Assembly: GCA_951406725.2 (NCBI GenBank) | Contig: OX597830.1 | Location: 77,438,001-77,502,000 of the forward strand | Source: Octopus vulgaris | Taxonomy: Eukaryota | Length of the DNA stretch: 64,000 nucleotides | Direction of reading: 5' to 3' | Part shown: positions 42,244-55,734 of the stretch, in pieces | Layout: each line of letters opens with the position of its first letter | Numbering within the stretch: the stretch's first letter is position 1 | Made by a program: the position numbers and the translations under genes | The notes under the pieces: generated by a model | What the model was told of the DNA's origin: nothing | The model's database searches: none | Seen by the model: only the letters and a program-made list of their open reading frames with translations

Positions 42244-42620
42244 TCACTACTGCTACTACCACAACAACCACGATGAATATTACCAGCACACCACCGCTAT
42301 CACCACCCCTGCCACGATGACGACATAACCAACATCACCAACACTACTACCACTACCATAACTACCATAACTCCTACGACTACCACCATCAACACACCAT
42401 GATCTTACCGAGATCCACCACTATCCCCATCATCATCATCATCATCATCCTCATCATCACCACCACCGTCACCATTCGCATATAACCACTTCGCCACCAC
42501 GCAACCACATCGCTAGTATCACCACCACTACCACAATTACGACGACTACCACGACCACGACCACAACCACCAGAGTAATCTTCACCATTTCACCACCGCC
42601 ATCATACCATCACAAAACTG
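41400..42620. repeat. Degenerate (CAC/ACT/CAT)n trinucleotide low-complexity tract
   Basis: Directly visible; explains the poly-T/V/H ORFs. Confidence 0.85.
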
Positions 42621-42945
42621 TACTACGAAGGAATCCAAATAAATAAATTAAAAGTAGATGACCCATTAAATAGAATCTAAATTGTATTGTGTTATTTAAG
42701 GGTCAAACACGGCAACATCTGCGAACTGGAAGCAGAAGGGGCAAGACGTTGGGGAGGAAGGCCTGGCATCGTTTTACTTTATTAAGCAGCATCTGGAACG
42801 AATCAGTTGATGTAAATGGTCGTCACCTCTTACTTGCATACGCTGTTATGTATTTGAGTTATTAGTTGTATGTAATGTGTTCCACGTATTGCGACATAAT
42901 ATTTAAAAACACAGACAGATACACACACATATACATGTACGTATG

Positions 42946-42976
<31 letters not shown>

Positions 42977-43085
42977 GTATGTATGTATGTATGTATGTAT
43001 GTAATGGTCGCTCCCGTCGATTTCGACGCATCAGTGTTTGAAGGAGAGTATTTAAGCAAAAAGACAAAAAGAGAACCTACATACA

Positions 43086-43116
<31 letters not shown>

Positions 43117-43117
43117 G

Positions 43118-43159
<42 letters not shown>

Positions 43160-43165
<6 letters not shown>

Positions 43166-43578
43166 TATCCGGAAAGTTCGTGTCGATTCTTAAAAGAAAG
43201 AAAAATGTCAATAAATACTTGCCATTACATTTTTAATCAACCAAATATGAAGCATTTTGTTGCACAATGCGTCTCCACCTTTCCTTTAACTTGAAAATAC
43301 CCTCTTCCCAGAATTGACGTGGTTTCATGGTAAAGAATTCATCAAGGTATCTTTTTATGTTATCCAAGGAATTGAAATTTTTACCATTAAGACTATTCTG
43401 CAGAGACCTGAATAAGTGGAAATCCGAAGGAGCAATATCTGGTGAATATGGAGGGTGGGGTAACACATCCCGGCCTAGCTGCAGCAATTTTTGTCTGGTT
43501 CCCAAAGCATCAAGTGCCGAAAATGAACTTTCTTATCTTTCATTTTAAAGGGTTAAAGAATTAACACAGGTTATAGGA
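43160..43578 (-). mobile_element. Second copy of the mariner deletion derivative (5' end missing)
   Basis: ORF 43233-43505 has LPHPPYSPDIAPSDFHLFRSLQN. Same N/C junction (atgctt|tgggaaccag) as 34598-35155, one TIR at 43160. Confidence 0.88.
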
Positions 43579-44584
43579 TGGCTTTATAATTCTCCCTCTC
43601 TTGTGCCAGTATAAGCAAGTGTGTAGACTAAGACTTTTGATTAAGGGTTGAGAAAATTGCTTCGCCCGATTTCTGGGCATCCATATGCTTGGTTTTGGAG
43701 ATTGAGAATCTCGTCGAGGATAAAATCATTAGTAATTGAATAACGACTAAGTCGCCGGTTGTTGCTATGGCGTAGAGAAAATAAGGAAGGGTGTGCTGGT
43801 GGTCATTGATAGATGAACTCAGTTTTCTGAGGTCACGAATGGCCGAGACCTCAGAAAAGTGAAATGATGGTTAAGGGTTGGGTGTCCAGTGTGTGAGCTA
43901 TCAGATCATAGATATCAGTGCACTGTATTTCTATAACTTGTTCATATCTGAGGTTAGTGATGGCCTTCTGCTTTCTCATGTTGAAACGTTTTAGGACAAG
44001 ACGGGAAAAAAAGTGGCTCACACTTCTTTTTTTATATCATTCTTTAACAGCAAGGCCACAAGGATGAGTAAGGTGTCATAGAACATATGAGTCAGCACAG
44101 ATCCTTACTTAAAGAACATTTAACAAGAAAGTTCATGTTTCTGCCCGTCCTATGCAAATTCGTGAATCTGGATAAGGGGACATTCTTTTTGAGAACAACT
44201 GAAGAAAGTTCGTTGTTTACACTCACAAACTGCTCTAAAAGATTCACAAATTCAATGAAGAGTTCTTGATATTGCTCCTTATATTCCTTCTGAAGACTCA
44301 TAATATCGAATATCATGCTGAAACCGACCCTCACTCTAGTATGTTTTCTGTTATTGAATGAACCAATCTTTTAAGAAGAACTTTAAGTGAGCCTTCCCAC
44401 TAATGGATAAAACCGCTATTTTCCTAGTATTGAAGCCAACTTATTTCTCAGTCTTGCATTTTTCGATGGTAACTTAGTTAACAGACTTTTAATGCGGAAT
44501 TGTTGCGATTTGCAAAATGCAAAATACGAGCCGAAATTATATTCTACAATATCCATATGACCTAAGATTTTTAGGAGAGAGTAG

Positions 44585-44756
44585 TAGTCGATAAAATTGA
44601 CCCCGATGCTCAACTGGTACTTGTTTTATCGAACCCCCAAAAGAATGAAAGGCAAAGATGACCTCGTCAGAGTTTGAACTGAGAACGTAAAGACGGACAA
44701 AATGTCGCTAAGCATTTTCGTCCGGCGTGCTAACGATGCTGCCAACTTTCCGCCTT
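44585..44756 (-). mobile_element. SINE family 2, diverged
   Basis: Reverse complement of the family-2 head and central domain. Confidence 0.7.
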
Positions 44757-45365
44757 AGAATACGAGCTTAAAATAACGCACAGCTATACCACACGTAAAA
44801 CGAATATGATGACATCAGAAATCTGCCAGAACTTAACGTTATATAATTTTAAATACAACCTTGTTGATTTTATCACTTGTAAAATTATTTCCATGACCCT
44901 TTGCGACTTACGACAACACGCACGGGCTACACACCATTAACAACAGATTATGCAGGTCTGGAGATATCAGCCTAATAGGCTTAGGAACATTATTGTTTCA
45001 ATAAAAACATAAGAGACTAATAAGAAAACATAAAAATTCATAAACAGCAAAAAAATTCCATACTTTAACACAATCATATTTTGAACATATGTTTGAAAGA
45101 AAAGCGCCCCTCTGTTTACAAATATATGCATACATATACACATATATGTGTATGTGAGTGTGTCTCTGCCCGCGCGCATGATGGCACTAATGAGTTTAGA
45201 ATTTTTCTTTTTAATTTCGATAATCAGAGTGTAAATTGAATTATTAAATTAAGCAATTAAGTCTTTATATATGTTCTTTATATATGTCATATCGGAAAGC
45301 TGTGGAAGATATGTATTTATATATAAATATATATATATGTGTGTGTATAAATGTATATATATGTA

Positions 45366-45438
<73 letters not shown>

Positions 45439-45568
45439 ATATACATATACACACACACAAACATATATACATATATACAACGGGTTTTTTTCAGTTCCTG
45501 TCTACTATACATATAAATATATGCATATGTATACATATATATATATATATATATATATTTGTGTGTGA

Positions 45569-45638
<70 letters not shown>

Positions 45639-46013
45639 ATGTATATATGTATATATCTATATAATATGTGTGTATAGATACAGTATGCGATGGGAAAATT
45701 ATCGGTATTTTATATTTTTAATTTTACGTATTCACATTGTTTGTTTTTGATTTTGTCGACTGTAGGGTCAGTTGGGCACGGTGTGTGAGAAAGGCAGAAC
45801 TATGATGCACTTCATTCTGCTAGAAATTTGGAAAAAAATATGCTGTACTGCTTGGCATTCACGCCGGAAGCTCCAATACGCACGTACACAGATATACATG
45901 CTCATACATAATTGTGTGTGTATATATATATATATATCTAAATCTATATCTATATCTATATCTATCTATATATATATACATACATATATATATATATATA
46001 TGTATGTATATAT

Positions 46014-46075
<62 letters not shown>

Positions 46076-47156
46076 GCATAAACAAAATACATATGACCAA
46101 ATTTAAAATATGAATGAGAAGTTGGGTTCGCTTTCAGAGAGTATTCGAATTTCGAGAAATTCAGAAAGACGGAAGTATTATTGAAGGAGAAAGCAACGAA
46201 GGAATTACAAAAAAAAAGTTGTTTCCAGATGTTATTATCCTATTATTGTCATGATTTATTAAGGACAGGGAGAGACAATATGGTGAATACCAGCAACTGT
46301 TGATTACTGGATTAAATTCCCGTCAGTATTAAATTACCTCCCTTTGCTACGTAATTTCAAGTCAGGAGTAACGTTGTTTCACGCCTCACTCCAGTGTATA
46401 CATACATACATACATACATACATACATACATACATACATACATACATACATACATACATACATACATACATACATACATACTTACATACATACATAGACA
46501 CATACATGCGTGCATACATAAATATTTGGATGGCTAAACACACCTACACACACACACATACTTTCGATATTTTTATTTCTTTTATCTTCTTTTTTCAGCG
46601 ATTGAACAGTGAGCGGCCATTTTGGGATACCGCTTTGAAGGTTTTAGTTTAACAAATCGACCCGCATTCTTATTTTCAAGTTTCCATCGTTGTCTTATGC
46701 CGTATCTCAAAGTTACAAGAACGTAATGAAACCAATAATAGTTGTCAATCGTTTAGGAGTGATGTTTCTGTTGTATAATTTTCTTATCTGATGATAAAAA
46801 AGGCCGTTAAGTCCCACATTGCCGATAATATCCAACTACCGTTCCGTCTTTAATCTTGAGGTAGAATTGAATCACTGGACCGCTCGTATCATTAATTTTG
46901 CGAATTGCCAAAAACTTCCTGCAAGAAACAGAGGACAAAACACTGGAGGCACCTTCAGATTTTGGCAAAGTACCACTTTCAGACAATATCCTATAACTTC
47001 GACTTACTCGCCAATTTCTATGAAATGCTGACCAACCTGCTCGTAACCTTATTCCAGTTGAGATCACCAACCACCTTAACTGGACCGTTGGTCCATTGAC
47101 ATGTGACGCTACCGTAGGGCAGACCAGATTTTCCACTCTAGGTGACGAGCTACACA

Positions 47157-47209
<53 letters not shown>

Positions 47210-47240
47210 GTGAATGTAATATGTGACAATTATTCGGTAG

Positions 47241-47314
47241 CCATGATAAAACTCCGAGTTTCGGATGCCGAGGTGGAAATTCACGCCACCATCTCCTCAG
47301 TTATCCGGCCATGG
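47241..47314 (-). ncRNA. Type I hammerhead ribozyme
   Basis: Minus strand: ccat-ggccg-GATAA CTGAGGA gatg-gtgg-cgtgaattt-ccac-ctcgg-catc-c GAAA ctc-g-gag T T TTATC-atgg. Complete core, three stems, GUU triplet. Confidence 0.75.
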
Positions 47315-48299
47315 GAAAAATGCTATGAAAAATGACCGTTATACAAAGGGAAATTACTGTGTAATTGACCGTTATTTAGACAAAAGAGCTATTCGAATGA
47401 CCGCTAAGTATAGGAGTTAGTTAAGTAGGTAAAAAGTTCATAGTATTCGCGTAAGCGCGCCTGTTCATATCTATACATGTGCGCCCGCACACCCACGTGC
47501 GTCCGCACACCCACGTGCGCCCGCACACCCACGTGCGTCCGCCTAAAACTATATATTCATCAACCCTCACTTGAAAACGTACACATCCTCACTCCTATCC
47601 TTCGCCAAATGTATATGCATATACATTCAAACCCACACATATACGCGCGCATCATAAAGGTTCATACACATGTCTACATACGCACAGGCACAAGAAAAAA
47701 ACAGTGTTAAGGGTAACGATACAGAAAAACGGTATAAGGGAGTATACAAAGAGTAAACCACGTCTATATACGCACATACCCTTATGCAAGCACACACACA
47801 CGCCCAAATACGCACATACCCGCACACGTCTATAATGCACACACACACGCACGCACAAAAAGGATTATACATACGTCTAACACAAGAAAAAACAGGGCTA
47901 AGGGCAAAAATACAGGAAAATACGTAAAAACACTGAGTAAAATACGTCTATATACGCACGTACTCGCATGCGCGCACACACGCACACATCTATATACACA
48001 CATACCCACACACACGCACACATTCACACGCGCGCACAAAAGATTCCATATACACGTCGATATACGCACAGGGAAAAATGCAGGGTGGAAGGTAGAATAC
48101 AGAAAAAAATATGTGTAAAAAATATATAAGCAATGAACTTATAAACCAAAATCTCTATAAATATGTAAGAAATATATGTATAAAAATATAGATATAATAA
48201 AAAATATATAAGAAATATAGGTAAAAAGAGATAAAAGCTTGTGCGTGGACACAATATAGAAAGCAAGTTCTATCTGTAGTCTCGGTGGGGACCAAAACC

Positions 48300-48730
48300 C
48301 TAACAAATATTGGCCAAATATGGGCATGATCCGAAAAGTTCAGCCCTTGAATTCAGACATGTGGCAGGGTCAAAGCTGCTTTTCCAGATGAGCCATCTTT
48401 CCATATCACATAGACAGCACTTTCCATTGCCGTTGGTGTAGGGCTTACACTTGGCTAAAATTTTCCAATGGATGTTGTAACTGACACCTTTATCTTTTAA
48501 TGACCATATATGACTGGATAATTTGGTCGTTTTCCTTTTATCCCAGTGCCTAAAGCTCAAGGTGTGATTATTGAACCTGGCCTTGAAATTACCCTCTGTA
48601 AGGCCCACGTATTTCTTCGTCGAAACCGTGTCTTTAGTGAGTATAGAGTCCACGGTGGCTTCGTAAATGATGGTTTCGGGCATGTAAGCTCCATTTAGCG
48701 GGCACAAATTTTTATCCCTGCATGAACAGC
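48300..48730 (-). CDS. PLE GIY-YIG endonuclease domain (C-terminal fragment)
   Basis: CSC..KNLCPLNG...IIYEATV...YVGLTEGNFKARFNNH..SF...TKLSSHIWSLK...IHWKIL...CCLCDMER...LNSRAELFGSC: GIY-YIG core with the Cys-rich motifs typical of Neptune PLEs. Confidence 0.88.
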
Positions 48731-49196
48731 TGGTTTCGTTGTGTCTATTTCGTTGTGTCTATTGAAGAGTTTCCTGTAAGTACGGTCGACTGGAAAGTGT
48801 TTATCTATCAGTGCTAAGAAATACTTGCCTATATTGAAGGTCACCTATTCACCCGAGTAGTGCATTTTCAAATTCTATTTTTCGTATGTTTCTATATGTG
48901 TGTATGTGTGTGTGTGTGTATATATATATTTATAGATATATATATATGTATATAACTATCTATATAGATGTAAATAAATATATAGATAGTTATATACATA
49001 TATATATATATATATATATCTATATATATGAATATAAACATATATATATGCATATATATACACCTTTATGTGTTGCATGTCTCGTTTCTCTATTTTTTTC
49101 GTTGTTCGAGAAAAAGTTCACTTTATATGTTTTTGTTTTTATGTTTTCGATTCTCATTGTGTTCAACGTTTTTTTATGTCCTGTACCCATATATGC

Positions 49197-49250
<54 letters not shown>

Positions 49251-49323
49251 GTATATATATGTATATATATATGCATATATTTATATATATATACATACAT
49301 ACATACATACATACATACATACA

Positions 49324-49355
<32 letters not shown>

Positions 49356-49735
49356 AAGTGAAAGAGGGAGGGAGACGGTGAAAATAAGATGTGGAAAATA
49401 ATACGATACCCAGAGATACTCGTCTTCCGACAATCAACAGGCGAACACATGTCCACACATATAGGGGTAGACACACACGCATACATATTCATATACGTAC
49501 AAATATATACATACCCACAAAACAAAGAAAATCTTCTATCACAGTATGAATTACAAATTAGCTTCTCTCCACATTATTACCAATTTCATGGTTCAAATCC
49601 TTTTGTTTATTACAAAAATTGACTTATTTTACAAAATTTCAACAGTCCTGTTTTAAAGAGGACACTAAATGTACCCGCATGTACACACACATATACACAG
49701 ATGCGCGTATGCAGGCACATGGCATACACACATGT

Positions 49736-49971
49736 TCTCTTTACTCTTTTACTCTTTTTTCTTGTTTCAGTCATTTGACTGCGGCCATGCTGGAGCACCG
49801 CCTTTAGTCGAGCAAATCGACCCCGGGACTTATTCTTTTGTAAGCCCAGTACTTATTCTATCGGTCTCTTTTGCCGAACCGCTAAGTTACGGGGACGTAA
49901 ACACACACCAGCATCGGTTGTCAAGCAATGCTAGGGGAACAAACACAGACACACAAACATATTCACACACA

Positions 49972-50006
<35 letters not shown>

Positions 50007-50168
50007 GACAGGCTTCTTTCAGTTTCCGTCTACCAAATCCACTCACAAGGCTTTGGTCGGCCCGGGGCTATAGCAGAAGACACGTGCCCAAGATGCCACG
50101 CAGTGAGACTGAACCCGGAACCATGTGGTTGGTAAGCAAGCTACTTACCAAACAGCCACTCCTGCGCC
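49736..50168 (-). mobile_element. SINE family 1, full length
   Basis: Same head, body and tail. Confidence 0.88.
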
Positions 50169-50255
50169 TATGAGCGTTAATCTAGATATTCATTGCGTAC
50201 TTCAAATTGTCTTTAGTTGTTTTTCATGTTTATTTGTTTTTTTTATTTTCCTGTA

Positions 50256-50484
50256 TGACCATGGGATTGCACCTAGAGAGTTACCCTCCGAAGCGCAAGT
50301 CCGGACAAGGCTTTTTTATGGAAGACCAGCAGTCGTCCATGCATACCGGTCTCCAGTCTCCATGCCACTGATTTTAGCCAAGGGAAAGGCAAAAGCGGTT
50401 ACAGCTTGGAACTAGTAGCATCGTAATTCATTTCTGCAGCTGAGTGAACTGGAGCAACGTGAAATAAAATGTCTTGCTCAAGAA
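50256..50484 (-). mobile_element. SINE family 4, 3' part
   Basis: Homologous to 22840-23052; abuts a family-1 SINE at 50487. Confidence 0.7.
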
Positions 50485-50486
50485 AA

Positions 50487-50894
50487 CGCAGGAGTGGCTG
50501 TGTGGTAAGTAGCTTGCTTACCAACCACATGGTTCCGGGTTCAGTCCCACTGCGTGGCATCTTGGGCAAGTGTCTTCTGCTATAGCCTCGGGCCGACCAA
50601 TGCCTTGTGAGTGGATTTGGTAGACGGAAACTGAAAGAAGCCTGTCGTATATATGTATATATGTATATATATATGTATGTGTAAGTCTGTATTTGTTCCT
50701 CTAGCATTGCTTGACAACCGATGCTGGTGTGTTTACGTCACCGTCACTTAGCGGTTCGGCAAAAAGAGATCGATACAATAAGTACTGGGCTTACAAAAGA
50801 ATAAGTCCCGGGGTCGACTAAAGGCGGTGCTCCAGCATGGCCACAGTCAAATGACTGAAACAAGTAAAAGAATAAAAGAATAAAAGAAAAAGAA
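50487..50894 (+). mobile_element. SINE family 1, full length
   Basis: cgcaggagtggctgtgtggtaag... to (aataaaag)n tail. Confidence 0.88.
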
Positions 50895-51693
50895 TACACC
50901 CCAGTCCGGGAAACGAACTCACTACCTCATGATTACACTAGGCAACAAAAAAATTTTTGTTATGCGATTTAAACTTTTTCAGCTGATTTAGGGTAATTTT
51001 AGGGTGCTGAATCCAAACCTGATACAATTTTCCGACAGCACGTGTAGTTTTTTTTTTTAGTTATTCACAGCATCTGATTTTCCAACCGATTGATAATATT
51101 GACAAAGTAGTAGGCTATTTGCTTTCGATTTTCATTCATATACTCATCACTGAAACAAAAATAAGTGCTGATAGAGGGAAATGTAGGCTACCTGTTAAAT
51201 TGCCACACAAGATGAGAATTTATTTTACTTTGTTATCGCTGTAATTATAGTAAAGTTCTCCTCACAGTAGGCTATTGATATTAGGTTATAGTAAACAACT
51301 CAGACTCCCTTTTCTTGATAAGTGCTTGTGCTGTTAAAACAAAGTGAATCAAATAAGAGAGCCAGGTTATATGAAAATTAGTTTAGTAGTAAGTTTAGTT
51401 ATTTCTTAAAGTGATCAACGTTTGAAATATGCATTCCAACGTGAACTGACAGGCCGGACTTCTAAGTGACTATCAACACCCTTCCTTGTAAAAGAGTTAA
51501 TAAACACGTACTCTACTGAAACGTATTGAGTTATTCTTCAATTTAAAGTTAGATTGTTTCTTTTTTATTTACATAACTTAAAACATTAAACATAAATATA
51601 TGCATACGCGTGTATGTGTGTATGTGTGTAATACGTATGTATATGTGAGCATATATATATATGTATATATATATATGTATATGTATGTATATT

Positions 51694-51739
<46 letters not shown>

Positions 51740-52347
51740 CACAGTCATATGTATATATATATATATAAAGTAAACTTGCATGGTACCGCACGGTTGGAAA
51801 TATATAGGATAGTGGGTTTGAATATGCAGAGGTCTTTTAAGGATTGACTTGACCGGTTTCACTTTTTAAAAAAAATTATCAAAAGTAAAATGTAAAGCTT
51901 TGTATAAGCTTCGTCGTGTTGAAAAATGGCTGGCTATCATAATTGTATTAAAATACAGTTATACATTCTTTGGTAATGATAAGAAAATGTTAGAAAATAG
52001 AATATTTGACAGATTGCGGGGGATTGAAAATGTTAAGATGGACTTTTGTTTAAACAGTTTAGATGAAAGTTTTCAAAATAGGTAGTAAAATAAATTCAGA
52101 ATCATTTAAGTTCATCAAAACATCAGATTATAAGAATCATCATATGATAGAAGAGTAAGATTTAAGTAGAATGACCAACCTTTCCACTCCTAAGGGAGAT
52201 ATAACGTTTGTATATCAATTTATGTTATCAGATAATTCATTTATTCACCTATATGGAATTGAAGCATCACTTTATTTCTTCCGATCTTCAGAATTTTGTA
52301 ACGGTTCTAGACAGTTCAAACTCATTGATCAGCGTAACTTTCAAGAT

Positions 52348-52704
52348 AAACCTGAAGACTCAGAATCTCCCCAAGCGCATATTCTATTTGGGGTATTAAT
52401 GCTTCAGAAGCTCTTTCGTTCCCAGTTTCCTTTATCTGTTTTGCATGGTTTATTTCGTAAATCCTGTCTGGCAAACGTTAATCAGCCTTATGCCATAATG
52501 CCGACTTATATATCTATGAATACATAAAGGTTCTAGAAGTTTAACTCAAGGTTATAAAAAGATGAATCATTAAACCTCAAGACAGAATCTCCCCAAGCGC
52601 ATAGTCTATTTGGGGGATTAATGCTTCAGAAGCTCTCTCGTTCCCAGTTTCCTTTGTCTGTTTTGCATAGTTTATTTCGTAAATCTGTCTGATAAACGTT
52701 AATC
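52348..52704 (+). repeat. Direct duplication of about 135 bp, period about 224 bp
   Basis: cagaatctccccaagcgcata...aaacgttaatc at about 52348-52483 and 52572-52704. Confidence 0.85.
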
Positions 52705-52989
52705 GGAGGGAACAAAATGCGTGTATATAGCTAACGATCTATCATGTTCCCATATAATAACAAGCCTTGTTCTGGTTATTATAAGCGTCTTAACTAAAAC
52801 TTTATTTCTATCTTACGCTGAGTGAATTATTATCACGCGATAAAATTCATATTTCTCAGTAGGATTAATTCACAGTACACTTTCAAATACAAGTTTGAAA
52901 TAATAAATATATAGAAATTCAAAACATTAATTGTTGGATAATTCGACTTTAAGAACGCAGCCTCTAACGTCTAACTCTTACAATCGTGC

Positions 52990-53297
52990 GGAAGCACGTG
53001 GCCTAGTGGTTAGAGCAGCGGACTCGCGGTCGAGGAATCGTGGATTCGAATCTCAGACCGGGCGATGTGTGTGTTTATGAGCGAAACACCTAAGTTCCAC
53101 GCGGCTCCGGCAGAAGGTAATGGCGAAACTTCTGCTGACTCTTTCGCCACAACTTTCTCACACTCTTTCCTCCTTATCTTGCAGCTCACCTGCGACGGAC
53201 CGGCGTCCCATCCAGGTGGGGAACCTATACGCCAAGAAACCGGGAAACCGGCCCTTATGAGCCAGGCATGGCTCGAGAAGGAACAAACAAACAAAAA
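52990..53297 (+). mobile_element. tRNA-derived SINE family 3b
   Basis: Head ggaagcacgtggcctagtggttagagcagcggactcgcggtc...ggattcgaatc. Shares 5' body with 39885-40266 but has a different tail ending (aaac)n. Confidence 0.8.
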
Positions 53298-53903
53298 CTC
53301 TTACAATTGTATGTGATGAAAATCTAGTGCAGTTTAAAATAGAAACCAAAATTCTTCATAAATCTAGAAAAGGACTAAACTACAAATGTTAAACTAACGT
53401 GCTGGTGTGAAATATACCTTACATGATCAATACCTGAAAAGAATAGCGAAAGGCGGAAACAGGCAAAGAAAAATTTCTGTAATAGCTGTAGATGAGAAGG
53501 ATTCAAAACAGTTTGTGAAAGATTCTTGATTACAAGATGGCGAAACATGAACTCGGCGACATTTGTATACAAGAGTAACAGGAAAAAAATGTCAACGTTT
53601 TTTTACCCAACGTTCTAATGCTCTTGCCGACCCAATGTTCTTTGTAAGGCAGAAATAAAGATAATAATTACATGACTTGTTAGTGGCACAATTTCTCAAG
53701 GCTGGAGTGTAGTCGATGGGGGGGGGGCGGATCACTCGGTTAACTCGACTTCAGTATTTGATTGATAATTTATCCGTACCAGAAGTAATGAAAAGCAAGT
53801 TCGACCAGAAATGCAACCCAAATACGAAATAGTTAAAAGCAGTAGCAGAACGGAAGACAGTATTAGAATCGGAACGAGAAAATGTATCTCTATATTTATC
53901 TAT

Positions 53904-53942
<39 letters not shown>

Positions 53943-54117
53943 TTTGCCTATTTTGGTTATGGTAACGACAGAAGTAACTTTCCGCCAATTTCCAGTATTT
54001 CTTTGATGTCTGATTCTCTTGATCGTTTTCCAAATCTCAGCTACGGAAATACCAAAGTATTATATTCCACATTGTCTACAATTTAACTGATTGATGACAT
54101 TCCTTATTTCGTTCTCC

Positions 54118-54160
<43 letters not shown>

Positions 54161-54746
54161 TCTTTCTCCCTTCCTCCTCTCTCCATCCATCCCTCTCTCA
54201 CTCACTCTCTGTCCTTTTTCTTTCTTTCTTTCACAATTATACTTATATATTAATATTTCTATCTTGAAGATTTTGTTGTTAAAATATTTCGTCATTTTAG
54301 GTGAGAAGAAGAGGATTGATATTATATTACGACCATTAAAAATACTCATCATATTTATCATGTTATTTAATAATTTTATCATTTATTTCGTCATGTATTT
54401 ACAAAACGAAATGTTATTTCTCACAATTTTAGCGCATAAATTTGCCAAATTATCGGATTACCTAATGGATATTGTGGAAGTCACAAAAGAAATATTGCAA
54501 AAATATGAAACATAGTGATGAATTTGAATGTGTGTGCGCGTGTGTGTGTATGTGTGCGTGTGTCTGTGCGTCTGTTTGTTTGTTTGTGTGTTTTGTAAGT
54601 GTATGTTCTTGATTATGCATCTAAACGGCATGTTCCGTTTGACGTCATCACTAATGAAGCTAAGCTCTGTTCTTGGCACATATTCTCTGCCCCCTCTCTC
54701 TCTCATACTTTTATCAACCAAACAACTGCTCTCACACACACATATT

Positions 54747-54798
<52 letters not shown>

Positions 54799-54799
<1 letters not shown>

Positions 54800-55092
54800 T
54801 GAAAATATGTGGAAAACAAATATAAAAAGTGGAAGAGAAATGCCTTCGTTTCATATAGTTTAATATCTCTTTATAGATATATACTACATATTATATGGAT
54901 GTCGTGAAATCCAACTTATCCCGAGAATTGATTACTGAACAATCTCCCTTGAAAAACTAATTTATATAGCGAAAACCGGGTGGATTTCACTACATCCATA
55001 TAATATGCATATATTTATAAAAATATATTAAACTATATGAAACGAAGGCATTTCTCTTCCACTTTTTATATACGTTTTCCACATATTTTCAA
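54799..55092. repeat. Inverted repeat, arms about 125 bp, spacer about 55 bp
   Basis: ttgaaaatatgtggaaaac..tataaaaagtggaagagaaatgccttcgtttcatatagtttaata...gtgaaatcca vs tggatttcac...tattaaactatatgaaacgaaggcatttctcttccactttttata..gttttccacatattttcaa. Confidence 0.88.
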
Positions 55093-55734
55093 CTCATAAT
55101 TTTGCCACGTGGTGTATACAGAATCTTCAGTATCTTTGCTCCTTATATATATTACGTCTTCTTCAGTTGGTTCACATGGAACAGATGAGTTCAATGCAGA
55201 AGACTTAACGGGTATTCATGCGGTAGATATCACCTTCCCATCTGAGGCGATGTTTCATGATGTTTATCACAACGGTACTGGCGAGATCACATTTCATATT
55301 CTGCAACATTTGCTTCTGATATATATTACTCCTGGGAGTAATAATACGTTGAAGAAAGAACAATGTGATATTACATTATCAAGATCAGCCTAGAACATTT
55401 TCAAGAACATCATCAAAGAAATGAAGGTACCCCAAATAAGAAATAATCCACGATGATCATTTGTGGCCACTTTGCCCAACTGTTCCACACAAAAATTAGT
55501 TTTCTCAGCCATCAGGGACACAAACACAAACGGAGACTGGAATACACGGAAACATGAAGTCGACGACGATATATATTTTGGAAACAGGTTTTTATTTGTT
55601 CTTTTGTAGACATTCTGAAGAAAAGAATGCGTTCTGATTTTACATTCTCATGAAGGTTTTCTTCATCTGTGTATCAAACACAACTTGTTCGTTTGGGACT
55701 TTACCAGAATAATCTTTATCAACGTTTCCAAGTC

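Larger units (their letters stand above)
47208..48745 (-). mobile_element. 5'-truncated Penelope-like element (Neptune-type): GIY-YIG end, 3' UTR/pLTR and hammerhead
   Basis: GIY-YIG ORF followed on the same strand by about 1.1 kb of UTR with internal repeats, a hammerhead at 47241-47314, and an end in (TA)n. Confidence 0.8.

Noticed and set aside
43580-44580. Possible decayed PLE N-terminal region (EVSAIRDLRK-like)
   Set aside because: Similarity too weak to call by eye.
46790-47155. Complex sequence with 116-aa and 70-aa ORFs, possible host exon
   Set aside because: No recognisable domain or convincing splice structure; left unassigned.
52990-53065. tRNA gene candidates at SINE heads
   Set aside because: No proper acceptor stem, and they continue into SINE bodies; tRNA-derived SINEs rather than tRNA genes.
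55095-55600. 94-aa ORF in complex sequence, possible exon or decayed transposase
   Set aside because: No motif recognised and stops follow; BLASTX needed.
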